This document shows positions 28,880-40,438 of a stretch of 64,000 bases of DNA, piece by piece. A program made the position numbers and the translations under genes. The number at the start of each line of letters is the position of its first letter. Within the stretch, counting starts at the first letter, position 1. This DNA comes from Escherichia phage vB_Eco_mar004NP2. Where the stretch lies: sequence record OR896837.1. One strand, given 5' to 3'. The notes under the pieces were generated by a model. The model was given only the letters and a program-made list of their open reading frames with translations, was not told the DNA's origin and did no database searches.

Positions 28880-29301
28880 TATCTAGTTACCCCATCACTG
28901 ATAAATACTTTACCCTCCATTATACGAAAAGAGCTAATAGCTGATCCTATGACATCTCGTGTCATAATTATATCATAGTATCCTGCAAAACGTTGGCGAG
29001 GGTTATACTTATCTCTCTCTTTGGTAGCTTTTTCACCAATATTATCTACCGCCTCTACAGGTAAACTTATAGCTATAGCACCTTGAGCAGCATCAATAAT
29101 TTTAGTAGTAAAAGATGCCAAAGTTTCCGCGTTCTCATCAAGCCCCGCCTTTATAGTACCCCTTAGGGAATACCCTGTTAAGTTAACAGGGGTATTTGTA
29201 GGTGGATAAGTACTATCATCAACATCTAAGAATTGCATCATTAGACCATAAGGTACTTTTTCATCTATTACTAAGTCTATAACTCTATTTTCAGTACTCA
29301 T
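28879..29301 (-). CDS. tail collar protein (p132-like)
   Basis: 140 aa, between the fibre and baseplate genes, matching T5 p132 by size and position. Confidence 0.45.
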   Translation of the reverse strand: MSTENRVIDLVIDEKVPYGLMMQFLDVDDSTYPPTNTPVNLTGYSLRGTIKAGLDENAETLASFTTKIIDAAQGAIAISLPVEAVDNIGEKATKERDKYNPRQRFAGYYDIIMTRDVIGSAISSFRIMEGKVFISDGVTR

Positions 29302-29307
29302 TATTTA

Positions 29308-31380
29308 TTACCTTATATGGATATACCCACTATTTAGGTCTATCTTCATCTTGTAGTATGCCTCAGGGTTTACCGATAATGCAGCATTCTTATCATAAAT
29401 GATGTTAACACCGATCTGAGATAAGAAAGCATTTCCTGCTACAATTTTATCTGCCGTCACCGTCCCATTAACAATCATGTTTCCATGGAGAACCATTGCA
29501 GGGTTAACCCAACCAGACCCGTTCCATTGCCTTGTAAATGCTGATTGGGGGGCATTACTATTAAATTCAGTTAATACATCGTATTTAACTGGTGGAGAAC
29601 CGAAGTTACTTTGAAAGAAGGAATTAGCTTGTCCATCATCCCAACCACCTAAACCTGCTATACCTACAGAATACATCCCAGGACCACGTTGTCCATCATG
29701 CCCTATAGTACCTTCAGTACCACTCCACTGAACTACATCCGACCAGCTAGTACCCTCTAATAACCTATTAGTAACTGGATCAAGCGTACCTGTAGTGGTA
29801 TAGATATTTTGTGTCATATCTGTACGGTTAGGTGGAGTTTTTGACCAACCAGGAGGCGGATAATCTTGTTCTAGTGGTTTAGCAGGTAGAGATGTTGCTA
29901 ACTTATAAACAAATACTGTTTGCTTACCTTGCATACCAGTACCCAGATCTACATCGCCATTAGGAGTTCCAATAACTACTCCACTAGAAATACGTAGCAC
30001 ATCACCATCATAACGTATCCATTGTGTGGCGTTACCAATGTCTAGTTTAGCTTTGGCAGAAGTATTATCCATACCCATCCAAATACCGGAGTTATTATCA
30101 CCCCAAGATTTACCTTGAGTGTAAATTGCTGGATTATCCTTACCAGATAAGTTAGTCATGATAAAGTTCGCAGCATTAATATCTCTAGTAATTACTTTAC
30201 CATCAACGTTAACAACACGGTTTATAGGGTCAAAAGAAATAGGTGCTTTTCCTTCTTCATCTAGCAGACCAATGTTAATAGCACCAGTAGCTGCGTCGAT
30301 TAAGAATGTCTGTCTCCAGATTTCTCCATCTTTCATGCTGCCCTTAATAAAGGCATAGTTAACATCAATACCAGTCTCATTGACAAAGCTGTTGTCTAGA
30401 GGAGTATCTTCATTAAGTATAAACGTTACAGGAGCTGATTCTGCTATATCTTGCTTATTTGGTCCCCAGGCAATTGATGATACCTTAAAAGTATGCTCAA
30501 CTTTCCATGGGAATGATATAATCGTTGCGGCTCTGGCAGCACCAACGTTTATCTTTTGAGCTTTAGCCCAGCCAGTCTTAGAATATTCTTCAGAGTTTAT
30601 ATAAGTAACCAGAAATTCACGGACATTAGCACCAGCACCACGTTCCCAGTCCCACTCTATTCTAACATCATATCGTTCCTTACCGTCTGCGATTCGTGCA
30701 GCTTTAAAGTCAATGTTAGTAGGTGCAGTAGGTGGTACGAAATTATAAGCTACAGTGAAAACGCTAGGATATTCATAATAGCCAGATGAGTCAACTGTAA
30801 CACCATCTGGCATAGTAACTTGACCAGATATTCTGATCTTATAGTTGCCAACAGGAACACCACCAAATTTGATAGTAGGTCCCAGTGCTCCTATGTAATA
30901 TTTAACCCATTCACTATCTTCTGATGCAGTACTTTTTAATTCAATAGTGCAGTAACTAGCCTCACCAGCAGTCTCTACAACAACTATTGGAGCACCAACA
31001 CCAACGTCAACGGGTTCTGATTCAGATCTTGCTGCAGTAATTATTGGCTTTTCCTTTGTTCTAAAGTTAGTTTCATTAGAGAGGTTGATACCAATCTTAG
31101 CTTCTAGTAACTCTGAGTCAATAATTGAGTCATAGAAAGCCCCCTGAATCTCATAGGAGGTAGAGGGGGTTAAATTATTAATCATTACGAAGAAAGTATC
31201 TATACCGGTGTAATCACGTCTATCTATACTTTCTCCTATTTTTAACCAAAAAGATCTACCAATAACATCATAATCAGTATAAATGGAGTGCTGGACATAA
31301 GCCAAAGTATATCCAGTCATTATACTATTTAAGACCATTTTGGCTGGTGCATTATTTGAAATCATTAAATGGATGCCCAC
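29308..31380 (-). CDS. baseplate/central fibre protein (pb4-like)
   Basis: 690 aa beta-rich protein; by T5 gene order and size (pb4 about 688 aa as I recall). Confidence 0.5.
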   Translation of the reverse strand: MGIHLMISNNAPAKMVLNSIMTGYTLAYVQHSIYTDYDVIGRSFWLKIGESIDRRDYTGIDTFFVMINNLTPSTSYEIQGAFYDSIIDSELLEAKIGINLSNETNFRTKEKPIITAARSESEPVDVGVGAPIVVVETAGEASYCTIELKSTASEDSEWVKYYIGALGPTIKFGGVPVGNYKIRISGQVTMPDGVTVDSSGYYEYPSVFTVAYNFVPPTAPTNIDFKAARIADGKERYDVRIEWDWERGAGANVREFLVTYINSEEYSKTGWAKAQKINVGAARAATIISFPWKVEHTFKVSSIAWGPNKQDIAESAPVTFILNEDTPLDNSFVNETGIDVNYAFIKGSMKDGEIWRQTFLIDAATGAINIGLLDEEGKAPISFDPINRVVNVDGKVITRDINAANFIMTNLSGKDNPAIYTQGKSWGDNNSGIWMGMDNTSAKAKLDIGNATQWIRYDGDVLRISSGVVIGTPNGDVDLGTGMQGKQTVFVYKLATSLPAKPLEQDYPPPGWSKTPPNRTDMTQNIYTTTGTLDPVTNRLLEGTSWSDVVQWSGTEGTIGHDGQRGPGMYSVGIAGLGGWDDGQANSFFQSNFGSPPVKYDVLTEFNSNAPQSAFTRQWNGSGWVNPAMVLHGNMIVNGTVTADKIVAGNAFLSQIGVNIIYDKNAALSVNPEAYYKMKIDLNSGYIHIR

Positions 31381-34217
31381 TCCACAGACTGTTCTCCATC
31401 ATCCCCTTCAGCCCTAATACGAAAATACAATTTTCTATTTATACCTAGAGCACCGCTGTTCTGGAGAGCAAAGTCTGCCTTATTATATGTTAATAAATAG
31501 TCATAAGTATACTGATTTTCAATACGTACACTTCTTAACATCCTATTTTGCGAATCGTGTATTTCAAGTGTATAAAATATACTCTCTATTATATCTTCTT
31601 CAGGTATTTTATCCCAAGCTAGTTTTACATCTGGGCCAACAAACTCAGTTACATCTCCAGAAGCAGTATTAGTTACCATAAAATTAGATACTACACTAAG
31701 GTTTTTAGCAGAGTTAAGTTCTATAGACAGAGTCACCGGGGAACTTCTTCTACCATTAATATCTACTGCTCTTATCTCAAATATAGCCAGACCTGCTGGT
31801 TCCCCAATTATTTCTTGGATCATACGTTCGTTAGGATTGGTCTCTAACTGTTGTACTATGTAAGGTTCGGCATGGCCTGAGTGCACAATAGAGTAATAAA
31901 CTACATTATTGGTTAGACTCGGAAGCCAGGATAACTCACCATTTTTACCTATAGAACCAACTAAGCCATCAGGTGGCTTAGGAGTATACTTAAAATCTCT
32001 AGGAGGAAGAACGTTGTTACTAATATCTGGTATATCATTACCACTATTATCTATTTGATCAGAGTTGATGAATACATCTTTTCCATACTCCTGTAGAGTA
32101 ACATTTATCTTTCCTTCCCTAGAGTTTTCGACTTCATCTACTAAAAAGTACTTCTTATCCCATCCGTAACGGTCGTATGTAAATGCAATAGCATCATTAG
32201 GCTCAATACCAATGAATTGATATGGTAAAGAAAATGAGAGGGTTCTAGAATACCTAGATTTCTTAAGTTCTCTGTCTGCAAAACTTCTAGCAGTATAGTA
32301 GTTAGTTATATTTGCAAAAGATAATTGTAATTTTTTGTCTAGGTTCTTGTCCTGTTCCTTATACTTGGAGTTATAGAATGTAATGGAATTAGTTTTCCAG
32401 CTAAGGGCTGGATCTACGATAGATGCTTGAACTGAGTTGAATTTATTTCTACCAGTAGTATCTGATAGCTCCAAATCACCGTAAGTATCTAGAAAATTAA
32501 TCTCTAATGGAGTATTAGAGTATTTTTCTACAGTAATCCTGTACTGGCCAGATAAGTTGTTAATAGCCCCACCGTAGGACTCTAATAAACCTTGCACATT
32601 TTTAAATACTGATTCAGATGTATCCAGAATAGTATTCATTTGTACTATTTGTCTATTTTCTGCTAGTGGATCAGTCCACCCAACGTATCTCCAATATGGC
32701 TGCCAAGATACCTGATAGGATTCATCTATAATATCTAAAATAGCTGCTTCCTGTATTAATTGCTGAAGAGGGAACTGATCAATGGTAATATTAGCACCGT
32801 ATCTATCGGAGGTTAAGTAGTCAAGTGTTTGCCAAATACCATTTAAACTAGTACTATTAGCAGTTACTCTACCATCAGAATGATAGACTTTTACTTTTTT
32901 ACCTTGAATTTCAGCACTAACTTCAGGAATCTCAGTCCTATTTTCATTAATAGTGAAGCGCACCACTGCGTATGCAGTATCTAGTAGTTTATACCTAGCA
33001 TCCCAGTACTCCGGTCCATTGCCATTCATATTCTGAAGGTAGAACCCACGTTCTTTCGCTATGTCTACTAATACTTCAGAAGCCGTTTGATCAGCTTTTC
33101 CATGATAAGTCCAAATCCTTATATCACCATTACCATCATTATACTTATATTCCTGACCATGCACAGAAGGACTACTAGAAGATATTCCTGATGCTATTCT
33201 TTGCATGGTGTCTCCTGCTACTTTTTTAACACCGAAACAGGTTCTAGCAGAGCTATCATTAGAGTCCATACAAATCATAGGGTTATCCCCGAAGGAAAAG
33301 TCAAGAAAACCGTCTATCTCCCCTTCAGCAAAGGCGTATACTACATAAACTATATTAGGATTGTGTAGTTCCGTATCCGCAAAAATAGGTATTCCTGGTA
33401 TTTTCTGTACACCATAAACTACTGGTATATACTTAGCAGCAAGGTTAAAATCTATATCTACTTCTTTAGTAACAGTCTCATAATACTTTTTAAGACTATA
33501 GCTTCTAGATAGGCCAAATAGCTTTTTCTTAGACTTTAGCTTGTATCTCTCTTCCTGTACCTGATATTTTGCTAAAATAGAGATACTTTTATTAGCATGA
33601 AAGAACCCATAATCTTCTTGGTACTCAAGTCTTTTAGCCCCGTTAGATGGAACTAATTGCCCTGCTACAACCTCAAGCCCTCTATGAGAAGCATCATCAG
33701 TAAATCTACCGTTAACCCTATCAAAGTCATAGAATTGGTTAGAACAATTCCAAGTAATTGTGGAGGTTCCAACCCCAGAAGTACTAATGTTGTCCTTAAT
33801 ACCCCCACCGGTAATTCTCCCTCTAAAGTATAATAAAGGGCCATTTGTGTCTGGGTCTACAGGTAAAATAGAACCATCCTCTGTAATAATTGCTTGGTGG
33901 ATTGTTACTATTCTATCTAAAAAGGACACACCATTCTGCACTAATTTCAGTACTTCATCCTGCGCTGTACCCGTAATAGTAAAAGATAGACTGCCAATAG
34001 ATAAATCTCTATTTTGTTTATGTGTGCTAATGGACTTAACCTTACCGGCCTGGTACAAAATACCATTATATAGTACATCTCTAAAATAATCAGTTAAATA
34101 AATAAAAGCAGTACTAGTACCAGTAGAGCCAGGTAATTCTAGGGAAATTAGACTAGCAGTTTTTATTCTGCTATTATTTTTTAAGTAGTTTCTAGCACTA
34201 TCTAGTATTTTCTTCAT
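31365..34217 (-). CDS. baseplate hub protein (pb3-like)
   Basis: 950 aa; by T5 gene order and size (pb3 about 949 aa as I recall). Confidence 0.55.
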   Translation of the reverse strand: MKKILDSARNYLKNNSRIKTASLISLELPGSTGTSTAFIYLTDYFRDVLYNGILYQAGKVKSISTHKQNRDLSIGSLSFTITGTAQDEVLKLVQNGVSFLDRIVTIHQAIITEDGSILPVDPDTNGPLLYFRGRITGGGIKDNISTSGVGTSTITWNCSNQFYDFDRVNGRFTDDASHRGLEVVAGQLVPSNGAKRLEYQEDYGFFHANKSISILAKYQVQEERYKLKSKKKLFGLSRSYSLKKYYETVTKEVDIDFNLAAKYIPVVYGVQKIPGIPIFADTELHNPNIVYVVYAFAEGEIDGFLDFSFGDNPMICMDSNDSSARTCFGVKKVAGDTMQRIASGISSSSPSVHGQEYKYNDGNGDIRIWTYHGKADQTASEVLVDIAKERGFYLQNMNGNGPEYWDARYKLLDTAYAVVRFTINENRTEIPEVSAEIQGKKVKVYHSDGRVTANSTSLNGIWQTLDYLTSDRYGANITIDQFPLQQLIQEAAILDIIDESYQVSWQPYWRYVGWTDPLAENRQIVQMNTILDTSESVFKNVQGLLESYGGAINNLSGQYRITVEKYSNTPLEINFLDTYGDLELSDTTGRNKFNSVQASIVDPALSWKTNSITFYNSKYKEQDKNLDKKLQLSFANITNYYTARSFADRELKKSRYSRTLSFSLPYQFIGIEPNDAIAFTYDRYGWDKKYFLVDEVENSREGKINVTLQEYGKDVFINSDQIDNSGNDIPDISNNVLPPRDFKYTPKPPDGLVGSIGKNGELSWLPSLTNNVVYYSIVHSGHAEPYIVQQLETNPNERMIQEIIGEPAGLAIFEIRAVDINGRRSSPVTLSIELNSAKNLSVVSNFMVTNTASGDVTEFVGPDVKLAWDKIPEEDIIESIFYTLEIHDSQNRMLRSVRIENQYTYDYLLTYNKADFALQNSGALGINRKLYFRIRAEGDDGEQSVEWASI

Positions 34218-34828
34218 AAACTTTCCCGTAAATTTAATGAGATGCCGGAATATGTTCCGTTATTATTTAATGTAGATCCGAAAGCATCACCATTCATGAG
34301 TTTTGTTCTAAATAGTATTCCGTTAAACACTGGTTTCTCAGCCCCAGTAGTAGTTATAAATAAATCAGGGTATAAGTTTATAGACCACGTATTGCCTGAT
34401 TTATTGAATGATGTTATTTTATATACTTTTGGATGGTTAGATAGCTTAAATAGATCCCCTGGTTTTGGAATACCTGTGAGAAGTCCTTTTGTATCCATAG
34501 TTATATTAGAACTCTTCTGTCCAGCAGGTATATTTACTAGGCTAGTATTACCTCTAACTCTAAAAGCTTCGTATTGTGGTAATATAACATCTATATAACC
34601 ACCAGTACTTTTGTATTCTAGAATAAATGCATCTAGAACACTATATTCATCTGGAAATAATTCTGGATAAGAAATATTTATACCCCAGTATTGAGCAGAT
34701 ACCTTAACTTCGTTAACTTTACCATTTGGTAACTCATCACGAATTACTGGGTCATTATCAATCAGGTTAACACTTTCGAATCCTAAGCCTGAAAGTTCTG
34801 GATTCGTGTATGGGTCTGGTAATCTCAT
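34214..34828 (-). CDS. distal tail protein (pb9-like)
   Basis: 204 aa, immediately downstream of the tape measure gene. Confidence 0.55.
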   Translation of the reverse strand: MRLPDPYTNPELSGLGFESVNLIDNDPVIRDELPNGKVNEVKVSAQYWGINISYPELFPDEYSVLDAFILEYKSTGGYIDVILPQYEAFRVRGNTSLVNIPAGQKSSNITMDTKGLLTGIPKPGDLFKLSNHPKVYKITSFNKSGNTWSINLYPDLFITTTGAEKPVFNGILFRTKLMNGDAFGSTLNNNGTYSGISLNLRESL

Positions 34829-34899
34829 AGTTAATTTCTCCTCTTTAATAACAATATTATAATAGTATTAGAAAATTTTATCAAGAAATTTTTATTTTT

Positions 34900-34931
34900 C
34901 CATAAAGAAAAGGAGGACTTTGAGTCCTCCT
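34900..34931 (-). terminator. rho-independent terminator after the tape measure gene
   Basis: Minus strand GGAGGACT-CAAA-GTCCTCC followed by TTTTCTTTATGGAAAAATAAAAA. Confidence 0.55.
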
Positions 34932-34937
34932 CCAGTT

Positions 34938-37900
34938 TTAAGAATTTCCTAATGTTTTCAGACTAGTACCGTTCTCATTCAGAGCTAATTCCACTGCGTC
35001 TCTTAGAGCACTACTATTACTAGAAGCAAACTCTCTAAAACTTGCAGCATCCATAGCACTAATATTCAGGATGATAGGTCTTCCTGAAGTTGAGTTAGAT
35101 GAGGTTTTTAGCTCATCATTAGGCGTAGCTTTCATAGGAACCATAGGGGTAACTACTTCTGTACCATGCTCACCCATTTGATAGCTAACCCCAGGGTACA
35201 TATTACCACCTTCGGCACGCGGCACAAATGAATTAGCATTACCAATACCTTGATCACCACGTACATAAGATAGTTCTCCAGCATTAGCAGACATAGATAC
35301 ATCAATGTTCTTCTGACGCTCTCCAAGAGTTAAATAACTAGTGGTATCAGCTCCAGAATCTGCAATACTTGACATACTAGAGGCAGAGGATGCCTGCGCT
35401 AATGCCAGAGCACCTGCTAATCCTGCCGCTACCATCAGAGGGATAGAGAACGGGTATGGTACAGCTGTTGCTGCCTGCATAACTGCTACTGCAGTTTGGA
35501 TGATAATCCGCTTCTTAGCTGCATCTTGTTGAATCTTCAGCTTTTCAGCTTCTAGCTTCTTCAATTTAGCTTTAGATGCTTCTGATTTACCATCACGTTT
35601 CTGCTCCGCTGCGATAGCTGCATCAATAGCACTAACCTGTTGACTAGTACTATACTGAATCATAGAAGATACAGTTTGCATGCCAGAAGCAATCAAGGAG
35701 GTAGTATCTAGGGATCCCTGAGAGAACTGAATCATAGCGTTAGTTAAGTTACCCATACTTTGAGCCACAGCGGTTGCTTCAGAATTTAATTCAGATAGCT
35801 TAGAGATTGCTTGGTCATAAGAAGCCATTCTATTTTGCATATCAGCAAAATCTTTATCTTCTCCAGATAATCCCGTTGTAGGAGTGTACACAGCACCTAC
35901 AGAGGATCCTACCTGTTGTTGCATTTGAGCATTACGTTGCGCCGTTAAAGCAGACATTTGAGCCCTTGTCTTAGCTATTTCAGCATTCCAGCGCATTTGC
36001 TCGTTAGCATTACCTTTGGTAAGTTCCTTCATCTGAGTATAAAAATCTAACTGCATTTCCATTTTTTGCATTTCCCCTGCCAGAGGGAACATGGAAGTTA
36101 GAGTATTTTCAAAGGCTTCTTGCCTTTTACTGGTCATTTCAGCTTGCTGATCCTGACGGAATTTCCATATTTCACGTTCAATTTGAGCTTGAGAACGTCT
36201 AGACTGTTCAGCCTCTTTCTGTTTATCAGCCTGTTTTGTATACCATTCGTACTTCTCTTTTTCAATGGTCAATTCAAGATTTAACTGTGCTAGACGATAC
36301 TGAGTATCTGTCATAGTACGGTTATTTAAGAGAGCTATCTCACGATCTACGCCAAGAATTTTATCTGTGTAATCCTTGACCTTCTTCTGAGCTTCCATAC
36401 CCTGATTAGTAAGTTTAAGTTTCTCCAGCTGAATTTTTTCAATTTCTTTCTCAACAGCTTTATTTCCCTGGTTTGTTTGAAGAACACGGCGTAAAGCAGC
36501 TTCTTGCTCTTCTAACTGTTGGAGTTCTAAACGTCTACCAGCTTCCTGAGCCTTTTCCTTATCCTTAGTTTGATTATACACATCAGCTATTTTCTGTTGA
36601 ACTGCTAACTGATTTTTAGTTTCATTACCAGTTAGTTTAACATACTCAGATAGAGCCTGAGATGCAGTTTTCATTTCAGACAGGGTGTTATAACCCAGGT
36701 TAAGGTTTTTAACATATTCATCGGCACTCTTACCGGTACCTAAGGATAGAGATTCTATATTTTTTATAGCATCTGCCAAAGTAGCACTAGTTTTAGCAGC
36801 AGTATCTGTATTCTGAGCAACGTTCTGTATATCATTAGCTAAGTCACTAGCCGTTTTCTTAGTCTGATTGTACGCTTTCTGCTGCTCAGTTAGTCCTTTT
36901 AATACAGTAGAGTTAAAATCGTATACAGCATCAGGATCAGTAGTATCTCTCTGTAGATTAATTTGCTTCTGAAACTCTGGACTAGCCTTTGCAGCAGCGG
37001 CACCAGCAGCTTGATACGCTGATTTCCAAGCATTGAGATTCTCTGTAGAATCCTCTACTTCCTTACCAAGTCTAGTTACTTGTAGACCCATAGCTGCAGT
37101 TTCTGCTACAAATTGCTTATTGGCCTCCGAAGCACCTGCTGCTACAAGACCAACAGGAATACCTTCACCAACTTGACGTATAGCTAATTTTGTATAGAAA
37201 TCTGCTTGTTCCATTCGTTTATCAAACTCAGATTTTAGCTTATTACGCTTATCAAGAGATTCCTTATACATATCTAGAGCTTTATTATAGCCTTCTTCAG
37301 AAGCAGCTAAACTTAAAGCAACAGCACCAACGTTGGTAGGGTCTATCTGTCTATTAGTTTTTTCTTGGGCCCTAGCTGCTTCAGCAGATATAGAAGCCTG
37401 AGATGTATAAAATACTGTGTTGATAGCATCAATTACTGGCCCTAAATACTTAGCAGCAGCTTGTTGTATTTTTCTTAGTGCAGCATCTGCATTAGCAGCA
37501 AATTGCTCCCACGGAGTTGCACGTAGTACTTCATCTAGGTAGCCAAAACGCTTAGTAGATTCAGCAATTACCGCGTTAGCGTATGCTTGTTGCTTCTGGA
37601 AAGTGGTAAGACTATTAACATTATATGTTATACCTGTGTTTGCAGCATTTAACTGTTTAGCATAATCAGCGTATGCATCATTAAGACGGATGGTGACACC
37701 CAGCTCATCCAGAAGTTCGATTTCTTGTTTAGATACGCCCTTAATTACACGGTTAAGTGCATCAGTCATATCAATGCCAAGAACAGCAGCCGCACGACGA
37801 GCTACTAAACCAAATTTATTAAGTTGTTCGGCATCAAATCCATAAGCAGATGCTGAAGATGCCTGTCTCATTGCTTCCTCAAAAGAAATAGCATATCCAG

Positions 37901-38621
37901 CAGCTTCTTGTAGTGATCTAGCAAGGGTCTGAACAGGAGTACCTGTCTGAGTACCTACTATAACACCAAATTTTTCTAGACGATTTAGCTGATCACCTAG
38001 TTTAAGTTGTTCAAATGCTGATTGCAAAACGAAGATGTTGGAAGCAAGAGCTGCGTACATAATAGGTAGACTACCACCGATCTTAGCCATTGCCGCAAAA
38101 TCACGAGTTGCACCACGTGCTGAACCAGAAGTATTACCAATAGCTCTAGAAGCTCTACCAGCGGCACCAGCAGTATCATTAAAACCCCTAGCTGTGCCAC
38201 CTAATGCTCTATTAGTATCATATAATCTATCCTGGACTTTTTCTGTTGCAGCTGCAACATCATTACCTATTGTTTTAACAGATCTAGAAACTCCATCGAA
38301 TCCAATTTCTAGTTTATCTGTCACTTCAATAAGCTGGATAGCTAGGTAATCTAGTTTATCACCAATATCATTAATAGATTTGGTGATACCAGCCATACCC
38401 CTACTAGCTTGCATTTTAGTAAGACTTTTTGCTGCTCTGTCTGCTGCCCTCTCAATGGAATAAAGAGTTCTGGGCATTTTACCTAACTGCTCATTTGTCA
38501 GTTCGGAAGCAGCAGCAGCATTTTCCAACGCATCAGATACGTTTTCAATAGACTTTGCAGTACGAGTTGCTCCCTTCTGTTTAACGTCTATTAGTAATTC
38601 TCGTATTAGCTTATCAGTCAT
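34938..38621 (-). CDS. tail tape measure protein (pb2-like)
   Basis: 1227 aa, long Ala/Gln-rich coiled coil, hydrophobic segment near the C-terminus (VAAGLAGALALA). Confidence 0.85.
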   Translation of the reverse strand: MTDKLIRELLIDVKQKGATRTAKSIENVSDALENAAAASELTNEQLGKMPRTLYSIERAADRAAKSLTKMQASRGMAGITKSINDIGDKLDYLAIQLIEVTDKLEIGFDGVSRSVKTIGNDVAAATEKVQDRLYDTNRALGGTARGFNDTAGAAGRASRAIGNTSGSARGATRDFAAMAKIGGSLPIMYAALASNIFVLQSAFEQLKLGDQLNRLEKFGVIVGTQTGTPVQTLARSLQEAAGYAISFEEAMRQASSASAYGFDAEQLNKFGLVARRAAAVLGIDMTDALNRVIKGVSKQEIELLDELGVTIRLNDAYADYAKQLNAANTGITYNVNSLTTFQKQQAYANAVIAESTKRFGYLDEVLRATPWEQFAANADAALRKIQQAAAKYLGPVIDAINTVFYTSQASISAEAARAQEKTNRQIDPTNVGAVALSLAASEEGYNKALDMYKESLDKRNKLKSEFDKRMEQADFYTKLAIRQVGEGIPVGLVAAGASEANKQFVAETAAMGLQVTRLGKEVEDSTENLNAWKSAYQAAGAAAAKASPEFQKQINLQRDTTDPDAVYDFNSTVLKGLTEQQKAYNQTKKTASDLANDIQNVAQNTDTAAKTSATLADAIKNIESLSLGTGKSADEYVKNLNLGYNTLSEMKTASQALSEYVKLTGNETKNQLAVQQKIADVYNQTKDKEKAQEAGRRLELQQLEEQEAALRRVLQTNQGNKAVEKEIEKIQLEKLKLTNQGMEAQKKVKDYTDKILGVDREIALLNNRTMTDTQYRLAQLNLELTIEKEKYEWYTKQADKQKEAEQSRRSQAQIEREIWKFRQDQQAEMTSKRQEAFENTLTSMFPLAGEMQKMEMQLDFYTQMKELTKGNANEQMRWNAEIAKTRAQMSALTAQRNAQMQQQVGSSVGAVYTPTTGLSGEDKDFADMQNRMASYDQAISKLSELNSEATAVAQSMGNLTNAMIQFSQGSLDTTSLIASGMQTVSSMIQYSTSQQVSAIDAAIAAEQKRDGKSEASKAKLKKLEAEKLKIQQDAAKKRIIIQTAVAVMQAATAVPYPFSIPLMVAAGLAGALALAQASSASSMSSIADSGADTTSYLTLGERQKNIDVSMSANAGELSYVRGDQGIGNANSFVPRAEGGNMYPGVSYQMGEHGTEVVTPMVPMKATPNDELKTSSNSTSGRPIILNISAMDAASFREFASSNSSALRDAVELALNENGTSLKTLGNS

Positions 38622-38633
38622 GTTTTATTTTTC

Positions 38634-38669
38634 CCAATAAAAAAGGCTCTGGGCAAATCACCCAGAGCC
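38634..38669 (-). terminator. rho-independent terminator fused to a conserved motif upstream of the tape measure gene
   Basis: Minus strand GGCTCTGGG-TGATTTG-CCCAGAGCC then TTTTTTATTGGGAAAAATAAAAC-ATG. Confidence 0.6.
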
Positions 38670-38704
38670 AAGCCTCATCGTGGAACGCCCATTGGAGGAA
38701 ACTT

Positions 38705-39073
38705 TTACCGTGCACGAGATCTAGCATGTGGCTTAACGTTAGGAATCCTTCCGTTTTGCGGTTTATGCTTCTCAGCACGTTTACGTGCAGCATCTACAGC
38801 TTTAGCATCAAATATATTGATAATGTGTAGAACAAATTCTTTCTCTATAGGATCAGTAATCCCATAAATATCAAATAAAACACCTAGAGCAGCCTTATCT
38901 TTACCTATAAAGATAGGAAAGTCACCTGGTATGAAGCAGTCAATTAGACTGTTATAAATATTCATACTAGTAGCCACAATAGGTGGAAAGTCTTCAAGTT
39001 CAACAGGCATGGCCTTAGGATCAGGCTCTATACCCATTGATTCACAAAGTATTAAATATTGTTGTTTAGTCAT
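38705..39073 (-). CDS. tail assembly chaperone (putative)
   Basis: 122 aa, between the tail tube and tape measure genes (position of G/GT-type chaperones). Confidence 0.4.
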   Translation of the reverse strand: MTKQQYLILCESMGIEPDPKAMPVELEDFPPIVATSMNIYNSLIDCFIPGDFPIFIGKDKAALGVLFDIYGITDPIEKEFVLHIINIFDAKAVDAARKRAEKHKPQNGRIPNVKPHARSRAR

Positions 39074-39134
39074 TTTAGATGCTGAGCTTTTAATACACTT
39101 ATCTGCAAAATCAGCAACAGCATCTAGGAGTTCT

Positions 39135-39554
39135 TTACGCTTTTGGGCTACGAAAAGTGTCTAAGTGGAACACTGTCTGGTTGATCCAAGAATCAAACGC
39201 AGCAGAGTTCTGCATGAGCATTACAGCATTATCGCGGCTAAAAGGAACTTCAGTAGCAGGATCAGCATCTGTTTCAATCAGCATCAGTTTTTCAACGTCA
39301 CCTACAGTCAAACCGGTCCAACCTTTAATAGCTGCGTCAACGAAGGCTTCAATGAACTTATCATCATCCTGTACCTGAATCAAAGTACCATTAACCCATT
39401 CATCGCGTTTAGCAGAAGAAATAACACGTTTAGAGGTAGCACGAGACATATAGTTAAGTTCTAATTTAAAGTTCGGCATACCTGGGTAGGAAAGAGTAAT
39501 AGTACGAGTATCAAGAGTAATATCTTTTAAATTAATCATTTTTAATTTCTCCAA
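39135..39554 (-). CDS. tail assembly chaperone (putative)
   Basis: 139 aa, position as above. Confidence 0.4.
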   Translation of the reverse strand: MEKLKMINLKDITLDTRTITLSYPGMPNFKLELNYMSRATSKRVISSAKRDEWVNGTLIQVQDDDKFIEAFVDAAIKGWTGLTVGDVEKLMLIETDADPATEVPFSRDNAVMLMQNSAAFDSWINQTVFHLDTFRSPKA

Positions 39555-40434
39555 AGAAATCTATTCTCACTGGGTCTGAAGAAGCAGTAGGTATAATATC
39601 CCACTCAACTCTATACACATCTGAGAAATCTAGGCGTTTTGTAATACGTGCTGAAGGAAAATCTATAGAAATATTATTATTTCTTATATTTAAAGGTACA
39701 TCTGTCTCCGGTTCGATATTGTAAACCATATCTCCTGCAAAACGTTTTAAGTAATATAGAGAAATGGTTGCCGAAGCATTCATTTCAGTTACATAGGCTC
39801 TTTTATTATTATAAATTTTATTTATATCAAAAACACTCTTATCCTCTCTCCAAGAGCACTGCTGCTGGAAAGATAAAGAGGCAGAAATAAGACCGGGTAA
39901 GATGCTGCCATTAGTAGAAGCTATTACTGGGCTGTAAGACATTACTTCACCCTGTATAATAGAAGCTGCTTCTCTATAGGTAGATACTTCTGAGAATTTC
40001 CCAGACTCAATACCAACATTAAGAATTGGTATGTTCTTATCTAAAGAAAAATCTACCGTAGATACATAACAGTTTTCAAAATATACACAGTTATTATCTT
40101 TATTTACTATATAGATATTGAACATAATAGGTTCAATATTACTACTATATAGTGGGAGTAAGAAAGTATTACCTTTTCTATCAAAACCTAACCATTCAAA
40201 GAAGTTAGCTTCAGTAAGAGTATTACTGAAATTTACTGCTAGAGAGATAGAAGAGGGGGTTTGAGCATTTATAATAGAGTCTGCATAGTTAGTTCTATGA
40301 TGAACAGTCCTACGAAGAGTCTTGAATTCCTCGTAGGAAGTCTGTATATCATAGTTTGATAGGGCATCAAAATGAAATGCCCTACCATCATACTCAACTA
40401 TAACTTTTGACTCTCTCATTAGAGAGTAGTACAT
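39532..40434 (-). CDS. tail protein (p140-like)
   Basis: 300 aa, directly downstream of the tail tube gene as in T5. Confidence 0.4.
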   Translation of the reverse strand: MYYSLMRESKVIVEYDGRAFHFDALSNYDIQTSYEEFKTLRRTVHHRTNYADSIINAQTPSSISLAVNFSNTLTEANFFEWLGFDRKGNTFLLPLYSSNIEPIMFNIYIVNKDNNCVYFENCYVSTVDFSLDKNIPILNVGIESGKFSEVSTYREAASIIQGEVMSYSPVIASTNGSILPGLISASLSFQQQCSWREDKSVFDINKIYNNKRAYVTEMNASATISLYYLKRFAGDMVYNIEPETDVPLNIRNNNISIDFPSARITKRLDFSDVYRVEWDIIPTASSDPVRIDFFGEIKND

Positions 40435-40438
40435 TTAA